64,000 nt of DNA from a virus (IMGVR_UViG_3300037067_009690:20250-84249); one strand, 5' to 3'. Shown: positions 43,779-53,531, counted from the first letter of the stretch. Numbers and translations are program-made. The notes: generated from the sequence alone by a model not told the origin.

Positions 43779-44099
43779 GTGGCGCAGAAGGTAACCGTCA
43801 TCCTCGCCGACGACATCGACGGCGGTCCCGCCGACGAGACAGTGCGTTTCGCTCTCGACGGGAAGACGTACGAGATCGACCTGTCCGATGTCAACGCCGC
43901 GGCCTTCCGGGCCGCTGTGGGGCCGTGGGCTGAGAAGGCACGGAAGGCCGGAGGGCAGCCCGCGCGGCGCGCCCGTGGCACGAAGGGCGGCCGGGACCTG
44001 AACGCGGTCCGCGCTTGGGCCCGGGAGGCCGGGTACCAGGTCAGTGACCGGGGCCGGGTGTCCGGCGAGGTATTGGCGCTGTACGACGCCGCGCACTGA
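43779..44099 (+). CDS. lsr2: Lsr2 nucleoid-associated protein
   Basis: MAQKV.V.L.DDIDGG.ADETV.FALDG..YEIDLS..N...R.WAREAG..VSDRGRV. Confidence 0.95.
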   Translation: MAQKVTVILADDIDGGPADETVRFALDGKTYEIDLSDVNAAAFRAAVGPWAEKARKAGGQPARRARGTKGGRDLNAVRAWAREAGYQVSDRGRVSGEVLALYDAAH

Positions 44100-44106
44100 C
44101 CGATGT

Positions 44107-44141
44107 GGCCGGGCCCCGATCTCCACGGTCGGGGCCCGGCC
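44107..44141 (+). terminator. hairpin after lsr2
   Basis: 13-bp stem GGCCGGGCCCCGA/TCGGGGCCCGGCC. Confidence 0.6.
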
Positions 44142-44408
44142 CGTGTCCACCGGCTGTGGGCGGGTGGGCGGCGGTCGCGCTGGGCGCTGCAACCACCCAC
44201 CCAGGGTTGCCCAGGGTGGGGTGGGGCGCATGCTACCGGCCGGTAATCCGTCCTTCGGGGGATGTAACACTCACCAATCGGACAGCCAGTCACCACCCCG
44301 GCACGACACGTCACCGGCATGTGCCACGATCAACGTGGCGGCGCACCGGGGGCCCTCCGTTCCCCAGCGCCAACATGGGATCCCAATCCACACGAAAGGT
44401 ACTCAGAT

Positions 44409-45143
44409 ATGCGCAACACCAGAATGGTGCTGGCTCTCAGCCTCGCCACGGCCCTCGTCGGCGCCGGCACCATCGCCGCCGTCGCCGCCAGCGCGCCTAC
44501 CCCGGTCGCCAAGCTCTGCAAGACGAAGGGCACCGGCGCTACCTACAGCAAGGCCGCGTGCCGTGCTGGTGACACCGCCATCACCCTCAAGGGCATCGTC
44601 GGGCCGATCGGCCCTCAGGGCCTCCCCGGTGTCGCCGGCCTTCCTGGCAAGGATGGGATCGACGGCAAGGACGGCCTCCCCGGTGTCGCCGGCCTTCCTG
44701 GCAAGGATGGGATCGACGGCAAGGACGGCCTCCCCGGTGTCGCCGGGGCTCCGGGCGCCAAGGGCGACCAGGGCACCCAGGGCATCCCCGGACTGCCTGG
44801 TGAGGCCGCCGGCTGGGGATCGAAGTGTGTGAGCACGGTCGTCAACGCCACGTTCCAGGGTCGGCCCGCCGCCCAGCGCCAGGTCGACATCAAGGGACTC
44901 CCGCCGTACCACCAGGCGCACTTCGGGTCGATCTCCCAGAATGGCGACGCGTGGTCCGACAACACCGGCGGGATCCCCACTGGGGTCGGTCACGTGAACG
45001 TCGTCTACCTCGGCGGGTACATCGACGGTTCGACTGAGGGCCACTACCAGATCAACCCGATCGGGTTCACCGGATCGGATTCGGCGACCGTCCTGATCTG
45101 CGCGTCCAGGATGGACCTCGAAAAGATCGCAGCCTCCAGCTGA
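44409..45143 (+). CDS. secreted collagen-like (Gly-X-Y) protein
   Basis: signal peptide; GXY triplets encoded in part by a 54-bp tandem repeat at 44619-44746. Confidence 0.8.
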   Translation: MRNTRMVLALSLATALVGAGTIAAVAASAPTPVAKLCKTKGTGATYSKAACRAGDTAITLKGIVGPIGPQGLPGVAGLPGKDGIDGKDGLPGVAGLPGKDGIDGKDGLPGVAGAPGAKGDQGTQGIPGLPGEAAGWGSKCVSTVVNATFQGRPAAQRQVDIKGLPPYHQAHFGSISQNGDAWSDNTGGIPTGVGHVNVVYLGGYIDGSTEGHYQINPIGFTGSDSATVLICASRMDLEKIAASS

Positions 45144-45156
45144 CCTGATCCGCGAC

Positions 45157-45192
45157 AATGGTGCCCGGCCCCACAAGGGGTCGGGCACCATT
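45157..45192 (+). terminator. intrinsic terminator
   Basis: AATGGTGCCCGGCCCC/GGGGTCGGGCACCATT followed by CGTTTC. Confidence 0.65.
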
Positions 45193-45215
45193 CGTTTCAG
45201 AGGGGACAAACACGC

Positions 45216-45482
45216 ATGATCAGGAGATCACTCGTCGGCGCTGCGGCGGTAGCTATGGCCCTCGCATGCGCTGCACCAGCGTCAGCCGCTCCATCCGCGG
45301 GGCAGTTCTGCGGAAAGCCCGACCACGGGAAGACAGTGAGCGGCCTGACGTGCACCCAGGACGCGGACGGGAAGTACTGGCGCTGGCGGGATGCCCAGGA
45401 GGTGCAGGCGCCGGAGGCCGTCCGGACGCCAATACCGACGGCCGACCCGGTCGTCGGCAAGGAGCCGACATTCACCGGCTGA
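45216..45482 (+). CDS. small secreted protein
   Basis: signal peptide APASA; GQFC...G.T..GLTC..DG..WRW. Confidence 0.7.
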   Translation: MIRRSLVGAAAVAMALACAAPASAAPSAGQFCGKPDHGKTVSGLTCTQDADGKYWRWRDAQEVQAPEAVRTPIPTADPVVGKEPTFTG

Positions 45483-45498
45483 TCCTGCCGTAACGCAA

Positions 45499-45533
45499 CA
45501 GTGGCGCCCACCCCGATGGGGTGGGCGCCACTG
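45499..45533. terminator. hairpin between early (+) and lysis (-) regions
   Basis: CAGTGGCGCCCACCCC-gat-GGGGTGGGCGCCACTG. Confidence 0.7.
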
Positions 45534-45753
45534 CTTAGTCCCGGCGGGTGCCTGGGAGACTCCGGCCCGGAGTCTGGGGGGACACGATGCGGGCCGGGAC
45601 CTGCCCGGGCGGGGTGGATCAGCCGGGCACCAGGACTTTACCGGGCCACCAAAACAGCCGAAGCCGGGCCGCCCGGGAGACTGGACACGATCAGCCCACC
45701 AGGCGGCCCGGCCACCTCACCACCTACCACCCTCCGGCCCCAGCCGGAAGCCT

Positions 45754-46023
45754 CTATCCCCTTGAGCCCGTCCCGTAGCACGTCGTGGCCCTGCTCCACA
45801 CCAGCCAGCACCACTGGCCGACACCCACCGCCGCGGCCGTCACAGCCGACCACGCGACCGGCCCGGACGGCACCTCACCCGTCACCATCCAATCCCTGGC
45901 CAGCATCGCCAGGGACGCCACCAGCAGGGCACCGGGGCCGACGATCAGGTCCCGCGCCCACGTCGGACACCGGTCCAGCCACCCCGCCACAACCCTCGCG
46001 GTGGCCGTCCCATCACCAGGCAC
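45754..46023 (-). CDS. putative holin (start uncertain)
   Basis: two TM segments; position after endolysin. Confidence 0.55.
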   Translation of the reverse strand: MPGDGTATARVVAGWLDRCPTWARDLIVGPGALLVASLAMLARDWMVTGEVPSGPVAWSAVTAAAVGVGQWCWLVWSRATTCYGTGSRG

Positions 46024-46095
46024 GGCCCCAGACTCAGTTACCACCACCACCACCACCACGCGCGTTGATTCCCACGGCTGCCACCTCCCTCTCCC

Positions 46096-46563
46096 TCAAC
46101 TTTCTGCCCGCGCTGTGACCCTCGACCTCGGGTGCGCCGGGATCGGAGGCGTCTGCCCGCCACTGGCCCTGGCCTGCGCCTCAGCGGCCAGGGCCCATGC
46201 ATGCAGGTCCTCAGCCCAGTCTCGCACGCACGTCATCTCCGCCCGGTCGACGGCACGGTCCCGCGTGAGCGTGTTCACCCGGTCACTGAGTCCACGGATC
46301 TCGTCGGCATCGACCGTGGCCCGCGCTTCCAACGCCGCGACCTTGACCCGCAGGGCCTCGTTCTCCCCGGACAAGGCGTCGACCCGGCGGGTGAGGTCCT
46401 CAACCATTGCCCGCGCTGCGCGCTCGATGGCCTCCGCTGCGGTGGCCTCCGATTCCTTGGCCTGCGCGAGGGCCGGGCGCCTACCGATCCATGATCCGAG
46501 GAGTCCTGACGCCCCGAGGGCACTCCCGGCGGCGATCAGTGATTCGGGGTCTGACCACCTCAC
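46096..46563 (-). CDS. membrane-anchored coiled-coil lysis-cassette protein
   Basis: N-terminal TM plus coiled coil; GTGA coupling to endolysin. Confidence 0.7.
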   Translation of the reverse strand: MRWSDPESLIAAGSALGASGLLGSWIGRRPALAQAKESEATAAEAIERAARAMVEDLTRRVDALSGENEALRVKVAALEARATVDADEIRGLSDRVNTLTRDRAVDRAEMTCVRDWAEDLHAWALAAEAQARASGGQTPPIPAHPRSRVTARAES

Positions 46564-47342
46564 GTTCGGACTCGCAGGGACGACAGGGCGGTGGTAATAG
46601 CCTGGAGGGTCTTTCCCTGGGCTTTCACGGCCTCGGCGAGGGCGGCGACAGCGTGGCGCATCTCATCCTGGGTGGCCTCGATGTCGGCGAGGGTGGTCCG
46701 CGGGGTACGCGTCTGGGATTCCCGGTCTTTCCCGTTGGGGTTCGGGATAGTATCCGCGCCCCACACGGCGTCAGCTATTTCTTTCGCGTTCGGCATGTCG
46801 CCCTCCTGTAGCACGTCGCGGATCTTCTTCCGCATCCACTCATCAGATATCCCGGCCGGGTCGATTTTCCGGTACGGCGCCCACGTCCGGTGCGAGCAAT
46901 ACCACGTCTCATCGCGGCCCATGACCCGCAGTTGCGCTGCGTGCACGCGTGGCATTGCCCACAGTTGCCAGTCGGTGTATTTCCCGTCTCCGTCGTCCTC
47001 GGCTTCGCAGCCCATGACGTGGACGTTTCCTGTGATGCCACGGTATGCCCCGGGTCCGGCGTTGTTGGCTTTCCCAGCCGCGACAATCCATACCCGCTGA
47101 TCCGCGTCAGCCAGGCCCCTCGGCAGAAACGTGGTGCACAGGGGCCCGGACAGCCCAGGGCGGCCATGGACACACACATCAAGAGACGCCCGGTCACCGT
47201 TGCGTGGCCCGGCCGTGTGATGCCCCATCGACACCATCGGTGTATACGGGACCACGCCCCGGGACTCCCAGCCGCGGACACACTCCACCCGCAAACCAAC
47301 CCGCGCCAACTCCCTAGGGAGCCCCAACACCAGACCCACCAC
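46560..47342 (-). CDS. endolysin, N-acetylmuramoyl-L-alanine amidase (Amidase_2)
   Basis: GWE.RG...GHHTAG...GRPGL.GPLC..G.AN.AG.G...G.EAE..SHR.WAP.RKIDP. Confidence 0.9.
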   Translation of the reverse strand: MVGLVLGLPRELARVGLRVECVRGWESRGVVPYTPMVSMGHHTAGPRNGDRASLDVCVHGRPGLSGPLCTTFLPRGLADADQRVWIVAAGKANNAGPGAYRGITGNVHVMGCEAEDDGDGKYTDWQLWAMPRVHAAQLRVMGRDETWYCSHRTWAPYRKIDPAGISDEWMRKKIRDVLQEGDMPNAKEIADAVWGADTIPNPNGKDRESQTRTPRTTLADIEATQDEMRHAVAALAEAVKAQGKTLQAITTALSSLRVRT

Positions 47343-47489
47343 ACACCTCCCTCCGTGCCGTCAGAACGCCATTGTCCAGGACCCAGGACCGGCCCATCCT
47401 GCGGAAACATTGAACGTACACGTAGTCACTCGAATACCTCCATGATCTCCGTAAGTGTGGGCTCAACCACTGAGGTCATGTGATACCTC

Positions 47490-47699
47490 CTATCTCACGT
47501 GGCCACAACAGCACCTCGGCGACAGCGCGGTCTGGCCGCCGGTGATGGCCGCGGCTCGGCGTCGGCGTAGGACTCGCAGGGCGACGAGGATCCAGTGTCC
47601 GAGTTCGTCCCATGACTCGTACAGGTCGTCATCGGACGGGTCGCTGTCGCCGATTTCGTCGCGGATCGCTGCGAGGTCGGTTTCTGTCAGTCCAGCCAC
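47490..47699 (-). CDS. short, possibly truncated structural (adaptor-like) protein
   Basis: LAAIRDEIGD.DP.DD.L...ALRVLRRRRA motif, ends abruptly. Confidence 0.4.
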   Translation of the reverse strand: MAGLTETDLAAIRDEIGDSDPSDDDLYESWDELGHWILVALRVLRRRRAAAITGGQTALSPRCCCGHVR

Positions 47700-47718
47700 G
47701 GGTGGCCCCCCCCCCGGC

Positions 47719-48056
47719 CTAGTCTCCGGTCAGGCCGACCGTACCGACCCACAGCATGATGTCCTCGCCGGTGAGGTGGCCGCCTTCGACGCCGGTTATC
47801 CGTAGCCACAGCCCGTACCTGCCGGGGTCCTGTCCGGTGATCAGGTGGGTGGCGATGGTGGTGGTGGATGTCCAGGCTGCCAGGTCCCATCCGGTGGCTA
47901 GTGCGGTGTCGCGGGATCGGGTGGAGTCGGGGTCCAGGGCGGTGTGGATGGCGCAGTCGGATGGCCGCTCACGGTTCCGCCGACGAAACGCGATGCCGTT
48001 GCTCCAGCAAGCTGGACACGCCTCTGGCGAACATTGGTGGGGCGAAGAATTGCCAT
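47719..48056 (-). pseudogene. probable frameshifted minor tail gene
   Basis: GAGGAG RBS and ATG 48056 (MAILRPTNVRQ...) are in a different frame from the C-terminal W..A.W...GRYGLWLRITG segment. Confidence 0.4.
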
Positions 48057-48067
48057 GAGTTTTCTCC

Positions 48068-49498
48068 TCAGACCAGCGTGTCGATGCCAAGAGCGGTCAG
48101 ATCAAAAAGAGCGAGTTCGGCGATGTCCACTGTCCCCGTCGTGGCAGCCTTGACGTACACCTGTGGATTGAGGACCGCTCCATCGGCGGTGAACTTCTGC
48201 CAGAATCTTCCCAAGTATGGCTCTGTTCCACCTGTAGAAATTGCGTACGCAGCTCCACCAACAACACCGCTGCATTGAACATAGACACCGCCGCTAGCCG
48301 TCAACGCCGTGCGGATCCTGCCCGTCATGGCATAGACATTTCCGGGCGTACAGGCAACATTTCCAACATGGTAAAGAGTTACATCTAACGCACTTGCCGC
48401 GAACGTCATCCGATACCAATTGCCTCTGATCGACGTATCGCCGCTGACGATTGTTCCGGACACCAGAGATCCGCCGTTGATAAGATTCCATGATGCTGGC
48501 GCGGAGTTAGTGATAGCAGTAGACAACCACAATGGGTTCAGCGCCTGGAGAATATTGGAAGTATCAGCGGCGTCGAACAGTGAAGGAACACTGGCAGGCG
48601 GGATGGAATCAGCCATGTCGGCTGCGAAACGCTGCCCTAATGTCCATTGCCCGAGCGGGTTCGGGTGGATGTGATCACCAGAATCGTATATTGCCTGGAG
48701 CGCTCCCGTCGCTGGATACACCAGTGCATCGTAGAAGTCGACAATCCTTATCCCGTGCGTAGAAGCGTAGGCGCGCAGCCAGTTGTTCCATGCAGCAATT
48801 GTTGGAGCGTAACTGGCGCTACCTGGTGTGATGGTTACCAGTACTGGAGTTGCATGAATCTCTCTGATCTTTTCTACTAAAGCGGCGATGTTCGCCTGAT
48901 AGGTTGCCAGTGAAACGGTGGCGTTAATGTCATTGACACCGGCGGCAATTGTCACCATGTTTGGTGCGAATGTAGTAACGTCAGTGTCAAACCTGGCAAG
49001 CATTTGAGCAGACGTGTTGCCAGTTACTCCGGCGTTCCTCACTAGGTGCAGTCGCTCATCTGTGGCCATCGCTGCGAACATCGGCCACGATAGACCCCGG
49101 GCGCGGTCGCCGTCTGATCCTTTCGTGATCGAATCTCCCAACGCCACCCACCGTCCTCCCAAAATGGCTGCCGGAGAATACATGTTTGCAACTGCTATGT
49201 CGGCTGCGATCTGCGCTGGTGTGAGTGGCGTCTTGCCCATCACTGTCCACACTGTTCCGACGCCCACGAGCTGAACTGTCTCGCCGGCGATGGTTAGGAC
49301 TACGCTCCCGGCGGTGACCGAATACGACCCCGTGACATTAGTGACGGCTATGCGAGCATTTTCAACAACCGCCGGTAGAGTCACGACGTGCGCCGCACCC
49401 GGAGACACCAGCAGCCACTCCCCAGCGACCGCAGTCGACGACGCACCAGAGACGACGCGCTGCGTAAGTGGACGCTCAGTAGGTGTATACAGCGGCAT
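48068..49498 (-). CDS. SGNH/GDSL hydrolase-containing tail (receptor-binding/esterase) protein
   Basis: ALGDSIT, NAGVTG, GVND, DHIHP blocks; lower GC. Confidence 0.85.
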   Translation of the reverse strand: MPLYTPTERPLTQRVVSGASSTAVAGEWLLVSPGAAHVVTLPAVVENARIAVTNVTGSYSVTAGSVVLTIAGETVQLVGVGTVWTVMGKTPLTPAQIAADIAVANMYSPAAILGGRWVALGDSITKGSDGDRARGLSWPMFAAMATDERLHLVRNAGVTGNTSAQMLARFDTDVTTFAPNMVTIAAGVNDINATVSLATYQANIAALVEKIREIHATPVLVTITPGSASYAPTIAAWNNWLRAYASTHGIRIVDFYDALVYPATGALQAIYDSGDHIHPNPLGQWTLGQRFAADMADSIPPASVPSLFDAADTSNILQALNPLWLSTAITNSAPASWNLINGGSLVSGTIVSGDTSIRGNWYRMTFAASALDVTLYHVGNVACTPGNVYAMTGRIRTALTASGGVYVQCSGVVGGAAYAISTGGTEPYLGRFWQKFTADGAVLNPQVYVKAATTGTVDIAELALFDLTALGIDTLV

Positions 49499-49803
49499 CA
49501 GACGTACACCTCCGTGACAAGCGCGTAACCGTTGACGGACGCCCACACTCCGGTGATGATCCCGGAATAGCAGCCAGTAGGTTCACCGTCGTCATCGACG
49601 TCCCCGACAGACACCTCGTAGAACCCGGCCGCCGGAACAATGACCGTGAACGATGAAGTGGATGCGCCAGCCCCGAGCTTCACGTACAGGTCGGCCGTGG
49701 AATCATTGTAGATGGACAGTCCGATGCGTTCATTCCTCGGTGACTTCAGTGTCTTTGTCTCAGTGGCGGCCTTGATGCGTGCCACGACAGAGTTCGCTGC
49801 CAT
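49498..49803 (-). CDS. minor tail/structural protein
   Basis: R.GL.IYNDS.A.LYVKLG...Y.GIITG.W motif. Confidence 0.7.
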   Translation of the reverse strand: MAANSVVARIKAATETKTLKSPRNERIGLSIYNDSTADLYVKLGAGASTSSFTVIVPAAGFYEVSVGDVDDDGEPTGCYSGIITGVWASVNGYALVTEVYV

Positions 49804-49856
49804 TTCACCCTCCAGTTGCTTCACCGGTGATTGTGTTCAAGCAAATTACGTGACCG

Positions 49857-50333
49857 TCAAGACCCCTCTACTGATGTCAGTGCGGCATGCTCGACGAGCA
49901 GTCGACACTCCCCGACCGCCCTTGACCCGAGGTGAGTCACAGCCACAGCGATCCGTGTCCCAGACGACACCGTCAGCGGAATGGCGAGATCCCTGGTCGC
50001 GCCCGGGCACCCGACATCCGAGCCTGCGGACGCCAGCGCCCACGCGACAGGCAGGATCCCAATGTCAGCCTCAGACATGGCCTCACCGACAGCGACCTTG
50101 ATTTTCAGGGCGCTGGTGTTTGCCGTCAGAAACCCTTCGACAGCCTGCAATGACACGGAAGTGACGTACCGGTCATACGAGTTGGCGGCAGCGGAAATCA
50201 ACTCGACATACGCGCTGTACGCCCCAGACGTCCCCGGTGTGACAGCGACAGAAAACGGCTCCGGGTACACGACAGTATTGGCTTTACCGACATACCGGCC
50301 CGGCGCCGGAGGCGGATACACAGATACACCCAC
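49857..50333 (-). CDS. minor tail protein
   Basis: beta-rich, tail module. Confidence 0.65.
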   Translation of the reverse strand: MGVSVYPPPAPGRYVGKANTVVYPEPFSVAVTPGTSGAYSAYVELISAAANSYDRYVTSVSLQAVEGFLTANTSALKIKVAVGEAMSEADIGILPVAWALASAGSDVGCPGATRDLAIPLTVSSGTRIAVAVTHLGSRAVGECRLLVEHAALTSVEGS

Positions 50334-50336
50334 AGG

Positions 50337-51302
50337 TCACTCCGTCCATCCGGCGGCATGCCACGCCATCGTCGCATCAGTAGCCGCGTACGTTGCGGTC
50401 GACGCCGCCCCGAGAACAATCGGGTCATCGACCATGACAATCCCGCCAGGGGCGATAGACACCCCGTCGAGAACCTTCTTCGTTGCGACAGTCAACGTCG
50501 CCGCACCCGTCACCGAGTCAGTGTTCTGCACCCACCATTGGGTGACGACACGATCCGTCGCATCCGTGGACACCAGCGTCCCAGACCCGGCACCGGACGC
50601 GAACCCCAATCGGGCGACATCCGTGGACGCCGCGAGAAGGTCAACGAACGTCGCAGTCACATCCACCGCCCCGCCAACAACTGTCACCGACAGGGCCTCG
50701 CCGGCGTTCAACACGAACACTGTCGACAGCTCCATGACGGATCTACCAGTGATCGGGATACCCGTCGCCGCTGCTGTAGCGCCGATCGTGAGATCCAGTG
50801 CAGTGGATGTTGCCCCCGTGGCGACAACAATGGATTTCACGACCCGAATGTGGTCGGCGGCCGGCGCGGACACGACCGTCGATGTCGCCGCCACAGTGGC
50901 CGTCGCTGCCGTGAGCCCAGCGCACGCCCCGCCGGGAGCAGCGACAGCCCTGGTCTCCGCAGCGGCCCCCACGTCCCCCGCATGGGCGGTCACCGACGTC
51001 GCACCGATCGACCGGAGACCAGCGGTCCCGGCCGCAGGATTCTGCCACGTCGCGTTAGCGACAACCACCGACACCCACGCGCCATTGACGCGCGCCGAGA
51101 ACGCGTCAGCGTCCGCCAGGTAACACACCATCCCATCAACAGGCGACGGGATAGCCGCGTCCCTCGCCGCCGAATTAGCGTACCTGGCGACCAGCCTCGT
51201 ATCGACCTGCTCAGCGAGGGCCTGGAAATCCGCCGGGATATCCGGTTGCGCCGGGGTAGCAAGCGCCGGATACGGCAGGTCATTGATCGCAGTAGTTGGC
51301 AC
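50337..51302 (-). CDS. minor tail / fiber protein
   Basis: LPYP...PDIP.D.QALAE.VD..FA..AARDAAIPSP..GM..YL.D. Confidence 0.8.
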   Translation of the reverse strand: MPTTAINDLPYPALATPAQPDIPADFQALAEQVDTRLVARYANSAARDAAIPSPVDGMVCYLADADAFSARVNGAWVSVVVANATWQNPAAGTAGLRSIGATSVTAHAGDVGAAAETRAVAAPGGACAGLTAATATVAATSTVVSAPAADHIRVVKSIVVATGATSTALDLTIGATAAATGIPITGRSVMELSTVFVLNAGEALSVTVVGGAVDVTATFVDLLAASTDVARLGFASGAGSGTLVSTDATDRVVTQWWVQNTDSVTGAATLTVATKKVLDGVSIAPGGIVMVDDPIVLGAASTATYAATDATMAWHAAGWTE

Positions 51303-51313
51303 GGTCCCTCCTT

Positions 51314-51553
51314 TCAGGTCGGTTGAACAATTACGCCGGCGACGAGCAGCGTGTTATTGCACCGGAACAACGCGACACGGTCCGCTGGGGACGCTGCAAC
51401 GCCATCCAAGTACGGGAGGTCATCGAGGGTCTGACCGCCGACCGTGATCTGATTCGACCCGGCCGACCACGCGACAACAACTCCGACCCGGAATGTCACC
51501 CCATCGGCAGGGGAAAGGGCCTGGGACAGGAGAGACGCCAGGGACGCGCTCAC
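51314..51553 (-). CDS. minor tail protein (OB-fold-like)
   Basis: G.VVAW...V.VGG..L..L.Y...P.D.V. Confidence 0.7.
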   Translation of the reverse strand: MSASLASLLSQALSPADGVTFRVGVVVAWSAGSNQITVGGQTLDDLPYLDGVAASPADRVALFRCNNTLLVAGVIVQPT

Positions 51554-52698
51554 AGCCCGACCACCACCGTCGTCGTGTCCCGGGTCTGCAACGCCACGGC
51601 CCCAGTAGCGGCCAGCGGGATCGTCACCCTGTCCACCATGTGCAACTCGATGTCGTCCCATGCGTGCTCCACGGACAGCACATCCCATGGCTCTAGGGCC
51701 GGGTTAGGGACCGCGGAAAGGTCAAGGGAGTAGGGGATTCCGGTGGTGCGCGTCAAGTGGACCGCGGCGGCGGCCTCGGCCTCAATGTCGGTGGCCCAGA
51801 TCGGGGACTGGATTGTTGTCAGGCGCCGTCCGAAAGCGTCACCCCATGCGGTCATTGACCCAGCGCCTATATCAGATGCGAACCCGCGAACCGGATCCCG
51901 GTCTGTCGCGGCCTCACCGACCGCCAGGACACCATTGTATTGTCCGTCGCGGGTCATTGATCTACCAGAGTCAACTAGTACCCCACCACGGCCGGCGGCG
52001 ACAGTCCACACAGGGACACCCGGGTCAGGAATGTCAGCGACCTGACATATCCCCTCATGGTCGAACCACGCTGTTTTCCCGATAGCTTTCACTGCGTCGA
52101 GAAGGAAACGCCACCTGTCCGCGCCGTCCTCCAACAGCAGGACAGCACCAACGGAGGTAGCGACCGCATCGAAATCGAACTCCGCTGTCAGCAGTGAATG
52201 CGCCCCACCGAGGACGTCGATGAAAAGTTTCGACCATGTCGTGGACGCATCGAACAGGACCGGTTCGTTGGCTTTCGCCTCAGCGACCAGGCATGACCTG
52301 TCCTGGCCCACAATACGGATCTCCGGGGAATCCCGTTTCCCAGTCTGGGTGATGCCGGTGACCACGAAAACCCCGAGCTGCGCGAGCTCCAAGGAACCAT
52401 TACCGAACTCGACGCCCCGAGACACGTGCACCTGCACCCCGTACGGATTCGGCAGCAGCGCAGTGCCGTCCACGCGGCCGTCAGCGGCGACATCCGCGGC
52501 CGTAGGCCACGCCCCCTGGATGGTCATGTCGAGGCGGGCCCTGACGTCCGCTGTCGCGTCCAGGGTCACCGACCCGGACAGGATCGGCAGGGTAGCCCCG
52601 AGGGCAGTCGGGGACGCGTGTGACGCGATCCGGGCCCTAGCGACCATCTTGTGCGACCCTGTGAGTGCCGCCAAGAACTCGTCCGACACGGGCCTCAT
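51550..52698 (-). CDS. minor tail protein (DUF5047-like hub)
   Basis: MRPVSDEFLAAL.GSH...I.SGSV.LD.TA.VR..LD; PNPALEP.DV. Confidence 0.85.
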   Translation of the reverse strand: MRPVSDEFLAALTGSHKMVARARIASHASPTALGATLPILSGSVTLDATADVRARLDMTIQGAWPTAADVAADGRVDGTALLPNPYGVQVHVSRGVEFGNGSLELAQLGVFVVTGITQTGKRDSPEIRIVGQDRSCLVAEAKANEPVLFDASTTWSKLFIDVLGGAHSLLTAEFDFDAVATSVGAVLLLEDGADRWRFLLDAVKAIGKTAWFDHEGICQVADIPDPGVPVWTVAAGRGGVLVDSGRSMTRDGQYNGVLAVGEAATDRDPVRGFASDIGAGSMTAWGDAFGRRLTTIQSPIWATDIEAEAAAAVHLTRTTGIPYSLDLSAVPNPALEPWDVLSVEHAWDDIELHMVDRVTIPLAATGAVALQTRDTTTVVVGL

Positions 52699-53531
52699 CA
52701 GACTTCGATCTCTCCGGGCGGCGGCCCTATCAGGAGTTCCTGATAGGAGGACCACGCGGCCTTGACCGCTGCATACGACGCGTACGTGTCGTAGATCGTC
52801 TGATACGTCCATGCGACGCCGACGACGTCCAGGGACGGCTGCGCAACCTCGGTAACCTGCACTGTGACGAGGCGGTCCTCGGATGACCCGGGCCGGGATA
52901 TTGTGACGTCACCGGCCGAGAAATAGATCGGACCGGTGATCGCAGGCAGAGTCGTTGTCGCGGGGGCCTGAAGGAAGTAAATGTCCCCGTTGCACAGCAG
53001 GGTTTTCACGAGGAAAGCGTCAGCGGAGTCATCACACAATACTTGCAGCGACAGTTCACCTGCCGTGTGGATGTCTGTCACCACGACTGGTTTATCGGAT
53101 CCGACGATCGGGAATATCCCGCGCCGGGCCCTGAATGTCTCCTGAGACACGTTGCTGGTGACAGTACACGTCATGTTCCGGTACGGGTTCTGAATGGATT
53201 TGATCCACACATCCGACGGGACCGGCTGGATAGACGTTGTGACATCCACGCCCAGGTCGGTTGTGACACGGTAATTCGTCAGCCAGTACGTTGACCCGTC
53301 CGACGGGTCATACTCGTAATCGAACACGATCTCAGTGGTCCCGTACGAATCAATTGCGTTAGCGGCGCGGACCACAGCGGACTCGTACGGGACCGATGCG
53401 GTACCCGACCGGTGCGGGCGCAGGGACTGCCGGGTCACTGTCAGCACCTGCAACCCAGCGTCGAGGCCGGTGATGGACAGCATCACGCGGCCAGCGGACT
53501 CCTCGAATGACGCCACCACGGCCGCGACCAT
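52698..53531 (-). CDS. minor tail (distal tail-like) protein
   Basis: follows TMP; V.IKSI.NP..N. Confidence 0.75.
   Translation of the reverse strand: MVAAVVASFEESAGRVMLSITGLDAGLQVLTVTRQSLRPHRSGTASVPYESAVVRAANAIDSYGTTEIVFDYEYDPSDGSTYWLTNYRVTTDLGVDVTTSIQPVPSDVWIKSIQNPYRNMTCTVTSNVSQETFRARRGIFPIVGSDKPVVVTDIHTAGELSLQVLCDDSADAFLVKTLLCNGDIYFLQAPATTTLPAITGPIYFSAGDVTISRPGSSEDRLVTVQVTEVAQPSLDVVGVAWTYQTIYDTYASYAAVKAAWSSYQELLIGPPPGEIEV

Noticed and set aside
44619-44746. 54-bp tandem repeat as a non-coding array
   Set aside because: In frame; encodes collagen GXY triplets
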